DNA of 45,594 nucleotides from Candidatus Micrarchaeota archaeon (lineage in GTDB: Archaea > Micrarchaeota > Micrarchaeia > Anstonellales > Bilamarchaeaceae): contig JBDRPL010000026.1 of the NCBI GenBank assembly GCA_043827025.1, positions 1 through 45,594 of the forward strand. Reading direction: 5' to 3'. Numbering within the stretch: position 1 is the first letter of the stretch; each line of letters begins with the position of its first letter. Both the position numbers and the translations under genes were made by a program. Positions 26,580 to 35,820 of the stretch are shown here, in pieces. The notes under the pieces are model-generated. The model saw only the letters and a program-made list of their open reading frames with translations. It made no database searches and had not been told where the DNA came from.

Positions 26580-26815
26580 TCGTCCCCTTTCTTCTTCTCC
26601 AGAATCAGCAAACCGTCAATTATCCCATAGGCATAGTTCGCAGCACCGAATGCTGAGAAGTAATCGCCCTTGTCGAAAAAATGTTTTGAATCATGGAAGT
26701 AATTGACAGCCCATTCAAGGACTTCATCATATTTCTTGAATTTGTAGCTCTTGAACTCATGAATTATCGCTTCGAGCTTCTTGATATCTTTTTCAGCCCT
26801 TTCTTTCTCGTCCAT
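26573..26815 (-). CDS. DUF357 family protein
   Basis: A-x-NY-x-x-DSKHF-x-x-KGD...A...YAYG-x-ID pattern. Confidence 0.85.
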   Translation of the reverse strand: MDEKERAEKDIKKLEAIIHEFKSYKFKKYDEVLEWAVNYFHDSKHFFDKGDYFSAFGAANYAYGIIDGLLILEKKKGDEC

Positions 26816-26875
26816 AGCAGTTAACTAATATGAAAAGAATTATAAAATATGGCGTCGTACTGTAGACGTGGTAAT

Positions 26876-27304
26876 ATGAAATACTTGATACTGATCTTAT
26901 CTGTTTTTTTAATATTGTTTGGATGTACTTCCCCGCCTGATGATAATGGCGAGGACGATTTATCAGGATACACAGACCTGCTTGTCAAGGCAACGCCTGC
27001 AGAATGCAAGGGAATGGAAAGTTGTGAGTTGTTTGCATGCGCAACATATAACTGCTGGTGCGATGAAGGAAGGCTGGATGGAGGGGTAGTGGCAGAGTAT
27101 GCAATAAGGGTTCCAAGCATGACAAGGGTGGATGAGCTGGTAAAAAGATATTTCAGCGAAAACCCAAACGAAGCAGGAACAATCAGGTCCATAAAAAAGA
27201 TAAGCGACCTGTATTACAATGTATTTTACGAAGTAAATGACAGTGAACGAGTGCTGACCGTGATGGTGGATGGAACCATATTGGCAACCCAGTGCGGTGT
27301 ATGA
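26876..27304 (+). CDS. Cys-containing lipoprotein
   Basis: Lipobox LFGC after a hydrophobic signal. Confidence 0.75.
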   Translation: MKYLILILSVFLILFGCTSPPDDNGEDDLSGYTDLLVKATPAECKGMESCELFACATYNCWCDEGRLDGGVVAEYAIRVPSMTRVDELVKRYFSENPNEAGTIRSIKKISDLYYNVFYEVNDSERVLTVMVDGTILATQCGV

Positions 27305-27849
27305 TTATGAAAAGGATTCTGGCATTATTGTTGGTTTTGGGGATTGTGTTTTCAACAAGCGGAACAACAACCTTATTATGGCCTGATGCCACATTGTTCA
27401 AGTTCTCAGAGGGTACTGCCACTTCGCATAGTACTGTACAAAACCCTGAAAGCTATGATATCAGCATGGAACCGTGGAACAAACCTGCATGGTGCACCAA
27501 TCACATTGACATGGGAAAGGTCAGTTTAGAGTCAATGACAACTCCTCCAACTTTAGGATACAACGACGATGTGCATGGATTTATGGACTGCACCGAGATC
27601 ATAGAAGGCCATGCATATTGGATAAAGACAAGGGATGGAAAATATGCAAAGGTAAAGGTGAAGGAAGCAAAGTTCATCGGCCTAGGCCCTGACGGAAATA
27701 TAAACAGGGTAGTGTTCGAATGGGAATACCTTGGAGAAGGCAAAACAAGTACACCAAAAACACCTGGCGATGGAACGGAAAATCCATGCCCATTATCAAT
27801 TGGGTTCGCAGCCTTGGCATCCGCAAGTCTTTTCATCTTTAAAAGGTGA
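27301..27849 (+). CDS. Secreted protein with a HmuY-like motif and a C-terminal Cys-TM-basic anchor
   Basis: Signal peptide; YWIKTRDGKYAKVKV; tail CPLSIGFAALASASLFIFKR. Confidence 0.7.
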   Translation: MIMKRILALLLVLGIVFSTSGTTTLLWPDATLFKFSEGTATSHSTVQNPESYDISMEPWNKPAWCTNHIDMGKVSLESMTTPPTLGYNDDVHGFMDCTEIIEGHAYWIKTRDGKYAKVKVKEAKFIGLGPDGNINRVVFEWEYLGEGKTSTPKTPGDGTENPCPLSIGFAALASASLFIFKR

Positions 27850-27857
27850 ATGCCATA

Positions 27858-30626
27858 ATGAAATTAAAACCAATATTCATTTTTCTTCTTTTTGTTGTGT
27901 TGATTTTTTCTACTCCTGAACAAGACTCAGGAACCTTCTGGAAAGAAGTAACAGATAAAACTAAGCAACTTAAAGATAAATTTAATGATTATGTGACCAG
28001 AGAATGGTCGTGTAAAAGTTGGGTAAAAAAAGACAGTTATGTAACAATCAATGAATGGAACTGCAATCAAGAGGTTTCTGATTGTATTAGTGCATCAAAT
28101 TGTTATGACAAATGTAAGCATCTAAAAAGTGGATCAAAAGAAAGGGATAAATGCCATGAGGATTGTACTGATAAATGTTGGGCAGGTTGTTCTTTAACAC
28201 TTGCAAAACAAAACAGGGAATACCAATTAACCATTTTAGATTGCATTGAGAACCCTGACAAATACAATCCTGAAGAAAAATCAGAATGTCAAAAAGCAGA
28301 AGATTCGATTGAAGCTGGATATACAAGTTATTGCCCTTCATATAAGTCCTATCTCATTGATAGAAAATCCGGCTGTAGTTGGGATTTTTACAATCAATAT
28401 TGTTATAAACATGAAAGAGAAATGAATGAAGATTGCACTAAAAGATCAAATGAATTGGAAGCAGGAAGAGAATATATGAGAAAAGAGTATCCTGGCCAAT
28501 CTCTTTCAATAGAAGAAGTTGCACTTCAACACCCATACATCATGAATAATATTTATGAGGTTCGAGGGTTAGCTCAACTTCAATATTGTACTGACAATAC
28601 CTATTCAATGTGTTTAGCAACTGAACCTATTGATGTGATTTGTGGGGAAGGCACTCCTCCGCCCATTGTCTCAGAAGATACTAAGATCGTGGTTGACCCA
28701 CCTCATGAAACAATTGTTGGCGACGGCAAAACGCCATATCCAATTACAATAACATATACTGGCCCAAAGGATAAGATTACAGGGCACAAAATCAATTTCA
28801 AAATCGAAAGCCTTGAGAGCCAATGGAGTGGAGATATAGGCAAGCTTTCCAAATCCTCAGGCACTACCGATTCAAATGGCAGGATACTTCTGGAATACAC
28901 ACCTCCATCACTACTCAAATCAGACCTGGGATACTCAAAAGACGGAACACTTAGTATACAAATAACTGCTGGGGATGGAAAAACAAGCGGACACGGAACA
29001 TATGAGATTATGCCTTTGGATATTAATGCAACTGTGATTGCCGTAACACCAGTTCAGGTACTTGAAGGTGTTCCATTCGTTGCAGGTAAAGAAATGGCAG
29101 TTTTTGTGCTAGTTGCAGCCAGCACACCAGATGTTTATAAGACCAATGAAAATGTACGCTTCAGGCTCAAGTTCTCAGCAGAAACAGTAACCAAAGATGG
29201 AAAGAAAATGCCTGGATTCTATCCAGTTGAATCCTTTGACATTCTTGTTGATGAAACGCCTGCGCAAGTCGAGGCAAGCACAAAAAGCGATTTCCTGCAG
29301 GTCATACACCCAGGAGAATCAACAGACATCGAACTTCTTAAATTCCTCCTGCCAGAAAATTCAATAGATGATCCAAAAATCAAGCTCTATATTTTCTACC
29401 TAGATCATGCTGACACGCGCCTGGAAGGCAACTATATCTTCACATCAAAACTATATATGGAAAGACGGGTTGATCCAAAATCCGACAAATGGGAAGAAAA
29501 AGATTTCGGAGGCGAGGAAACCACGGTCAAGGTATACCCTTCCAAAAGATTCGACATTAATGTCTATCCAGTTGCACTTGGGCTTTGGACAGGTGACCCA
29601 TGCGATGTCTGCGTAAAGGCCCTCGACTCACCAAATCCGCACAACAACATGTCAATGTATGAATTCACATGCACAAAACTGGCGTTCCAAAGAAGCGGAA
29701 AGGACCATTTATTTGATTATTTTTGGGAGGGAAAGATAGACCAGAAAACAGTTGACTGGCTTTTTGAAAAACCGAGTTTCCTTGGCCAGATTTTCAGTCC
29801 AAAAGAAAGCTTCTGCAGGGAAAACTTCCAAAAATCATATACGAAAGAAGAATTCACTGCAATGGCATCGAAAGACCCTGCAAAGAAGGAATATGCAGGA
29901 ACCAAAGGACTACTCACTCCAAAAGAAAGATACCTTCTTCTGGCAGATAGAAGCCTGCAATACTTCCAAGCAGTTATGCCCATAGCTGAGGAAGACATAA
30001 TCCTGCATTTCAAGGACACTCCCCAATCAAGCCTTCTTGTTGACCCACAAACCTCATCCATAATGAATCTCATTGCAAGGCTTGAGACAGCAAAATCGAA
30101 TTTCTTCGACAGTTCTTTGGAAAGATTCGTTGCATTCGTGCCAACAGATGGCAATAGAGAACAGTATGGTACTGGCTACAGCTTTTTGAATTTCGACGAT
30201 GAGGGGTATATGGAAGGCATGGTTGCTGACGAAACTGTTCTTGTAAATCATGGGAATGCAGGATATACTACAATGGTACATGAAATAGCACATACCTATT
30301 GCGCAGTTGATGAATACCAGCACTGGCTGGCACAATCAGCAATTCATCTTATCGTAATTCCATTGTTTTGCGGGGAAGGTGCACTTGGCATAAATTTTCA
30401 TATGGGAGATGATAAGGGAAATAAAATATACAATGGATTCTGGGTCGAGGAAAAAGCAGTAATGGGCACTGTTGAACATCCTGCATATTCATTCATGGGC
30501 AAAGCAGAGACCTCGCAATACAAGGTCTGGATTACAGAAGAACTGTATTACGGGATAGGAAGCAACCTGGGAGTTTTCCCGACATTCAAATCCTACTGGA
30601 AGGACAAGGAGGAGAAAAAAACATGA
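27858..30626 (+). CDS. Secreted multidomain zinc metalloprotease: Cys-rich N-domain, invasin-type Ig domain, M64/M66-like catalytic domain
   Basis: Signal peptide; GDGKT...GTTDSNG Big_1-like motif; HEIAHTYCAVDEY; AGGTGA RBS before ATG 27858. Confidence 0.75.
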   Translation: MKLKPIFIFLLFVVLIFSTPEQDSGTFWKEVTDKTKQLKDKFNDYVTREWSCKSWVKKDSYVTINEWNCNQEVSDCISASNCYDKCKHLKSGSKERDKCHEDCTDKCWAGCSLTLAKQNREYQLTILDCIENPDKYNPEEKSECQKAEDSIEAGYTSYCPSYKSYLIDRKSGCSWDFYNQYCYKHEREMNEDCTKRSNELEAGREYMRKEYPGQSLSIEEVALQHPYIMNNIYEVRGLAQLQYCTDNTYSMCLATEPIDVICGEGTPPPIVSEDTKIVVDPPHETIVGDGKTPYPITITYTGPKDKITGHKINFKIESLESQWSGDIGKLSKSSGTTDSNGRILLEYTPPSLLKSDLGYSKDGTLSIQITAGDGKTSGHGTYEIMPLDINATVIAVTPVQVLEGVPFVAGKEMAVFVLVAASTPDVYKTNENVRFRLKFSAETVTKDGKKMPGFYPVESFDILVDETPAQVEASTKSDFLQVIHPGESTDIELLKFLLPENSIDDPKIKLYIFYLDHADTRLEGNYIFTSKLYMERRVDPKSDKWEEKDFGGEETTVKVYPSKRFDINVYPVALGLWTGDPCDVCVKALDSPNPHNNMSMYEFTCTKLAFQRSGKDHLFDYFWEGKIDQKTVDWLFEKPSFLGQIFSPKESFCRENFQKSYTKEEFTAMASKDPAKKEYAGTKGLLTPKERYLLLADRSLQYFQAVMPIAEEDIILHFKDTPQSSLLVDPQTSSIMNLIARLETAKSNFFDSSLERFVAFVPTDGNREQYGTGYSFLNFDDEGYMEGMVADETVLVNHGNAGYTTMVHEIAHTYCAVDEYQHWLAQSAIHLIVIPLFCGEGALGINFHMGDDKGNKIYNGFWVEEKAVMGTVEHPAYSFMGKAETSQYKVWITEELYYGIGSNLGVFPTFKSYWKDKEEKKT

Positions 30627-31522
30627 AATTTGCATTGGTTTTGATTCTACTCTCCTGCACGGTTTTTGCAGCCACTTTCGATGAACTGCATTCAGTATTT
30701 GCATTCAAAGGAACTGTTTCAAAAAGCGAAGATGTTCAGTGTTCTGTAGAGATTATGCCTCATGGAACAATCAAAATTTTTGCAGATACTCTCAAAGGCC
30801 AGAAAAACTACCAGATAGCACTTCTTGACAAGGACTGGAAGAAAATTGATAGTTATAATCTCCCTGTGTTTTTTGATTTCATTGACGAGGCTGGGGCTCA
30901 GGAGATAAACGACTATCCTTTTTTTGTCAGGCTGCCATATGATGAAAAGGTCCAGGTAATACAAATCATAGATGAAACAAACAAAAGATATTGCCAGGCA
31001 ACCAGGTCGGCAAATCCGCCGGAAGTTAGGATAATTTTGCCAGAATCTGATAAGGATTGGGAGCTGCTGGATGGCATCAAATGGACAAGTTCAGACAAGG
31101 ACAAGGAAGAGATTTCATTCGATATTTATATTTCAACCAATGAAGACACTAATTGGGAGCTTATTGCATCAGACTTGAAAGAAACAAAAATAGAGTTTGC
31201 AAAACCAGTACAAGCAACTAAAGTCATGGTTGTGGCAAAGGATGGATTTAATGCTGCGCAGGCAATAAGCAAAAGCGCATCAGCAACTCAAAACAAATAC
31301 CAGATACCTGATGAAATAATGATAATCGGTGAAAAGAAAAACGTAAGCCCTATGAACTTCAGCTTCATGGATGAAAATGATAGGGTTGTCTCCAAAAGGA
31401 TTGACCCGAAGAAAGACTGGCTTGGCGAGCTGATTGACAGCATATCTAAAATTATAGGTGGAATGTGCGGGTCATTCTTCATACTCCCCATGGCCCTGGC
31501 AGCAATCATGCTTCATAAATGA
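30623..31522 (+). CDS. Secreted Ig/Fn3-like protein with a C-terminal Cys-TM-basic anchor
   Basis: Signal ending VFA|A; SANPPEV...W..SD.D...DIYIS...W motif; tail MCGSFFILPMALAAIMLHK; ATGA overlap with the protease gene. Confidence 0.7.
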   Translation: MKFALVLILLSCTVFAATFDELHSVFAFKGTVSKSEDVQCSVEIMPHGTIKIFADTLKGQKNYQIALLDKDWKKIDSYNLPVFFDFIDEAGAQEINDYPFFVRLPYDEKVQVIQIIDETNKRYCQATRSANPPEVRIILPESDKDWELLDGIKWTSSDKDKEEISFDIYISTNEDTNWELIASDLKETKIEFAKPVQATKVMVVAKDGFNAAQAISKSASATQNKYQIPDEIMIIGEKKNVSPMNFSFMDENDRVVSKRIDPKKDWLGELIDSISKIIGGMCGSFFILPMALAAIMLHK

Positions 31523-32021
31523 GATTGGCAAGACTCTTCCTTATTTTTTCTTTTGGAGCTTCTTCAGGATAACCAATTGGAATAATTGCAATAGGGATTT
31601 GGAATGCCTTTGCCCGAACCACTCTTGAGACTTCAAGTGGATCAAATGCTCCTATCCAGCACGTTGCCAATCCAAGGGCAGTTGCTACAAGCTGTGCATA
31701 GGCTGCTGCAAGGGTTGCATCCTGGATGCAATAAAGGCTTTCACCGCGTTCTGCATATTTTACACTTGATGCCTTCTGATCTGCAAGAAAAACCAATAAG
31801 TAAGGTGCTTTTTCTATGAATGTCTGCTCATGGGAAGCATAGGCAAGATCTTTCTTCGTAATTTCAGAACGAACAACTGCAATCTTATATGCTTGTTTAT
31901 TGCCTGCAGAAGGAGCAAGATTGATTGCATCAAGTATCTTCTTTATCTTTTCATTCTCAACTGGCGTGTCTGAAAATGCACGGCATGAGAACCGGTTCTG
32001 GATTGTTTCAAAGAGTTCCAT
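31506..32021 (-). CDS. Nitroreductase family protein
   Basis: RFSCRAF, APSAGNKQ, LGLATCWIGAF, IGYP. Confidence 0.93.
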   Translation of the reverse strand: MELFETIQNRFSCRAFSDTPVENEKIKKILDAINLAPSAGNKQAYKIAVVRSEITKKDLAYASHEQTFIEKAPYLLVFLADQKASSVKYAERGESLYCIQDATLAAAYAQLVATALGLATCWIGAFDPLEVSRVVRAKAFQIPIAIIPIGYPEEAPKEKIRKSLANLIYEA

Positions 32022-32066
32022 TTAATCACCACTAAGCTATAATGAAAACAGAGAAAAATATAAAGT

Positions 32067-32180
32067 GTAAGCAGCAGTGCGCTTTTCCGCCCGTAGGGCA
32101 GTACTTACAACACCGTAAAGGGGCTTAACTTCTGTGTTCGAAACGGGAACAGGTGTTTCCCCCTTCCTATGGCCGCTAAC
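32067..32180 (-). rRNA. rrf: 5S rRNA (stand-alone)
   Basis: GCGGCCATA...ACACCTGTTCCCGTTTCGAACACAGAAGTTAAG...AGTACT...GCTGC; TATA tttataaa about 25 nt upstream. Confidence 0.95.
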
Positions 32181-32234
32181 AGAAATGTATCTGAATAAAA
32201 GAATTTATAAATGTAACTACTATCAGATTTTCTG

Positions 32235-33518
32235 TTACTCTAATTTTTCTCCAGTATGCACAAGATCAGCATAGACTTCGCCCATTGCACCTTGTCTTGC
32301 CAAATTGGCAGCTCCAGCAGTTGCTTTCACAGATGCTTGTAAAGTTCTTTTACCTGCACTTAAAAGTGAATTGGTTAGAACTCCTGCAGGCACCTCACTC
32401 GCCTTAGTGTACAAATCCTTAACCATCGAAGAGGTAAATTCCCCAACTATACCTGCTTTGGTGCCACCTGCAGACTCACAGTCCCTTGCACTTTGTATAG
32501 CTCTCTGCACCAGTTCAGGATATGTTTTTTCAATTTGTTCCAAGAAGCTTCTCGGGCTCAAATGTCCATCCAAGAGCTTTCCTACTAATTCTCTTGTGCT
32601 AGTTTCAGTTTTCCGAATCAATTGTTCAGTAACCTCATCTGCCCCTTTTGGTAATTTAATATTTCCTGCAAAACCAAATGCAAATACTGCAGATGCTGCA
32701 GTTCTCCAATCCGCTTCCTGGCCTTTTAGGTAATCGCCAATCCTAGTATAAGTCACTTCAGTTGCCCCGGCAACTGCTTTTTGAGCAGCTATCCCTTTCC
32801 ACCCCTTGTCTGCTAATGATGCGAGTTTTGTTGATTTTCCCAATAATGAAAGCGTGCCTGCAGTTGCAACAGTTGCTGCAGCATCAACTAGAAAATCCCT
32901 TGAAACCTTAAACACTTCATTTGCATCAGTCATAACGCTTCCAACCCTTTCCATTTCTGCATCAAACCGATTAACTGCAAAGACTATGTCTTTTCTTGCC
33001 ATATCCGTCCTCATATATTCTTTATCCGCTTTTTTGCTATCTCCCTGTATTCTTGCTTCTGTATAGGAACTTAGCGCAGATATGTAATCCCCAACTGCCA
33101 TATGGTATTTCTTTAACATAGTTGATGCACCTTTTAATGACTTTTCAACCATGTCTGCCTGTTCCCTAACTCCTTCTGAAAGGCCTAATTGCCCTAGGGT
33201 AAGAACGTCAAACCCAAACCCCACGAAACCAGAAGTCATGTACTTGGCACCAAATGCAGTAGAAGCAAATTCTTCTTTAGCCTTATTGTAATTAATATCC
33301 AACTCAGATCCTTTTGCATGCAATTCTTTCATTCTTTCAAAATGAGATACTGCCCTGCTTAACTCTTTTACTAGCACCTGTTGTTCAGGAGTTCTTTCTT
33401 TTACAGGTATCTTGATCAATTGCGTACGGACATCATTTAGTTTTATGATACTTTCATTTAACAGCTCCGCCCGTGCATTCGTTTCTTCATGTTTCTCCGC
33501 AGACTTATATATTCCCAT
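32235..33518 (-). CDS. Helical hypothetical protein with Gly/Ala-rich hydrophobic segments
   Basis: 427-aa ORF, no signal peptide, starts 5 nt after the upstream stop. Confidence 0.75.
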   Translation of the reverse strand: MGIYKSAEKHEETNARAELLNESIIKLNDVRTQLIKIPVKERTPEQQVLVKELSRAVSHFERMKELHAKGSELDINYNKAKEEFASTAFGAKYMTSGFVGFGFDVLTLGQLGLSEGVREQADMVEKSLKGASTMLKKYHMAVGDYISALSSYTEARIQGDSKKADKEYMRTDMARKDIVFAVNRFDAEMERVGSVMTDANEVFKVSRDFLVDAAATVATAGTLSLLGKSTKLASLADKGWKGIAAQKAVAGATEVTYTRIGDYLKGQEADWRTAASAVFAFGFAGNIKLPKGADEVTEQLIRKTETSTRELVGKLLDGHLSPRSFLEQIEKTYPELVQRAIQSARDCESAGGTKAGIVGEFTSSMVKDLYTKASEVPAGVLTNSLLSAGKRTLQASVKATAGAANLARQGAMGEVYADLVHTGEKLE

Positions 33519-33522
33519 TTCA

Positions 33523-34350
33523 TCACTTTGTCATTGAATCTACAACTGTCTGAAATATGCTACCAGGACTACTTGCTGCCAAGTCTTTCAGCACCCTTAC
33601 CGAAGTAGGATACCCCATTTTTTCGAGCACAAGTGCTGCATAAGTTCTTACAAATGGATCTTCTGCATTGTCCTGCAGCATATTATTTAAAGAACTCGCA
33701 AATTTCTCTGGACCTTCCACTTCCTTAGGATAACTGCCTATAAAGATGATTGACATTGTATTAACTCCATTCATTTGAGATACTTCTGTCCTTAGGCTAA
33801 ATGTATTTCGGACCACCCCTCCCAAATAGAAATCATATTCCGATTTCCATAACTCTTTCAAAGCTGCAATTGAATCTTGTGAATGGATTATGCCAGACAT
33901 ATGAAGAATAAGTATTTTATTATATTTTCCATCTGCATCCTTAAGTCGCCTTGCAGCCTCTTGTGGATTTGCTGCTGTTTTTTCTTTATACCTCTCTACC
34001 AAAGAAGATGCAAGTATTTTGCCTGCATTTGGCACTTTTTTAACAAAAATATTCATTGCCCTGACTTTAGTCCTGTCTTCGATAGTGGGGTCGTTTAATA
34101 CCCTATCCAAAAACCCATATGCCTTTTTTGGATTTTTCTGAAAATACGCGCCTAATTCTCTTTTTTGGGTATCTGCCCCCTGGCTTTTTAATAGCTCCAT
34201 CAATCCATCTTCTTGACTTTGATTAGTTCCTACCACTGATTTCTGTACCATTTGATCACCTGCATTACATCCAGATACGACCCATAGTGAAAAGACTATT
34301 GCAACCATCCTTTTAGCCTTATTTAGCCGGGATTGTCGCCTATGACGCAT
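33523..34350 (-). CDS. Lipoprotein with HEAT-like helical repeats
   Basis: Basic leader, lipobox VSGC, DPFVRTYAALVLEKMG HEAT-like motif. Confidence 0.7.
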   Translation of the reverse strand: MRHRRQSRLNKAKRMVAIVFSLWVVSGCNAGDQMVQKSVVGTNQSQEDGLMELLKSQGADTQKRELGAYFQKNPKKAYGFLDRVLNDPTIEDRTKVRAMNIFVKKVPNAGKILASSLVERYKEKTAANPQEAARRLKDADGKYNKILILHMSGIIHSQDSIAALKELWKSEYDFYLGGVVRNTFSLRTEVSQMNGVNTMSIIFIGSYPKEVEGPEKFASSLNNMLQDNAEDPFVRTYAALVLEKMGYPTSVRVLKDLAASSPGSIFQTVVDSMTK

Positions 34351-34382
34351 AAGATTAAATATGTGAAGAAGTTTCTTAATAT

Positions 34383-34865
34383 ATGCAGTACTCAGATCTT
34401 TTAGACAAAGGTAAATTTCAAGATCTTAAAAAGTTCTGCCTTACGATGTGGAAGCAGGAAAAGGACAAAAAAGCCTTGAGTTATTATGGGATATCTCTCC
34501 TTCTGAATAAAGAATATGAAAAGGCCCGGGGCTATTTTGGAAAGCGGTATTTAAAGTCAAAGGACAGAATGTTGATAATATACCATGCAATGGCAAATAT
34601 AGGCCTTGGAGAAATTGAAAAGGCACAGAAAGACCTCTTATACGAGTTAAAGCAGGAGAAAGAAATCCCTGTTTTATTGCAGATTTTTAGAATCTTTTTA
34701 GTTATAAACAATTTTCCTAATGCTAAAAAGGCAATTAAAAAGGCATTTTCTATTGATTTTGATAAAACAGTTTCTTCGCTTGAGATGTACTATAAAGAAT
34801 TTGGAGAAACCAAATTGGCTGAGGAAACAGTTCAACTCCTAAAAGATCTTAACCTAAAATCCTAG
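34383..34865 (+). CDS. TPR-like hypothetical protein
   Basis: Helical repeats with YYG..L...EYEKA..YF and LGEIEKA patterns. Confidence 0.65.
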   Translation: MQYSDLLDKGKFQDLKKFCLTMWKQEKDKKALSYYGISLLLNKEYEKARGYFGKRYLKSKDRMLIIYHAMANIGLGEIEKAQKDLLYELKQEKEIPVLLQIFRIFLVINNFPNAKKAIKKAFSIDFDKTVSSLEMYYKEFGETKLAEETVQLLKDLNLKS

Positions 34866-34937
34866 CCTAAGCTTAAGAGGTTAAAACTCACCCTGCAATG
34901 GAGAAGGATTATAAAACATCTAGGACAAAGAGGTTTC

Positions 34938-35819
34938 ATGGCAAAAAAGAATAAAGTCAAAGGCGGTGCCAGGGAAAAGAAATCCGAGGCAAATGAAACC
35001 AAGAAAGAAGGCATGATTAGTGCCATTTCCGGCAGCTTCACTGATGCAGGGCAGCTTGTTTTCAAAAAAGCGAAGCCGCTTGCAATCAACATATTCAAGG
35101 TATCACTGGCCTTCACGATTGTAGTCGCGATATTCAGCATGGCAGTTACACTTCTCATAAGCCTGACCTCCCTCTCCAAAATGCAACCTCAGGCGGACCA
35201 GGTCATGCCATTAATTTCCCAGCTTCCGCTGACAGAACAGCTGATTGTTTATTTTGCAATGATTCTGCCATTCATATTAATGATGTTATATGTGATCGCA
35301 CATATGGCCCAATACAGGATAATTGATTACGAAAATAAAGATAAGAAGGCAGGAATTATTGAACACCTAAATAAATGCTGGAAGGGCATACTAAAACTAG
35401 ACATGATACTAATCGCTTACCTACTGGCAATTGTAGTTATTTCATCTGCCTTGGGAGGAAGCCAGGCTGGCGGACCGACAGGGCCAAGCATTGCAGCAGT
35501 ATTGTTTTCATTTATCGCATTGGTGGTAACTTTCGCAGTTCTTTTGATATTTCCAATTGCACATCTTGAAGTGGCGATAAATGAAAAAGGCGCAGTACAG
35601 GCAATTGCGGATTCCGCACTTATGGTAAAAAATAACCTCTGGAAAACAATAATATTCTTTATTCCGTATGGCTTGCTTTCACTGATATTCTTCAGTTTCG
35701 CATCATCAGGAAACCAAAACCTGCTGGCTGCAATGTTGATCTTCGTTTTGTTCGACACCCTGGGAACATTGCTCATTGCCCCAACATTCTATTTCTTCTG
35801 GAAAAGGATAAGTGATTGA
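34938..35819 (+). CDS. Six-TM integral membrane protein
   Basis: About six hydrophobic segments; AIADS..MVKNNLW motif. Confidence 0.75.
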   Translation: MAKKNKVKGGAREKKSEANETKKEGMISAISGSFTDAGQLVFKKAKPLAINIFKVSLAFTIVVAIFSMAVTLLISLTSLSKMQPQADQVMPLISQLPLTEQLIVYFAMILPFILMMLYVIAHMAQYRIIDYENKDKKAGIIEHLNKCWKGILKLDMILIAYLLAIVVISSALGGSQAGGPTGPSIAAVLFSFIALVVTFAVLLIFPIAHLEVAINEKGAVQAIADSALMVKNNLWKTIIFFIPYGLLSLIFFSFASSGNQNLLAAMLIFVLFDTLGTLLIAPTFYFFWKRISD

Positions 35820-35820
35820 T

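Noticed and set aside
32067..32180. Unlinked 5S rRNA as a novelty
   Set aside because: Stand-alone 5S genes are common in archaea
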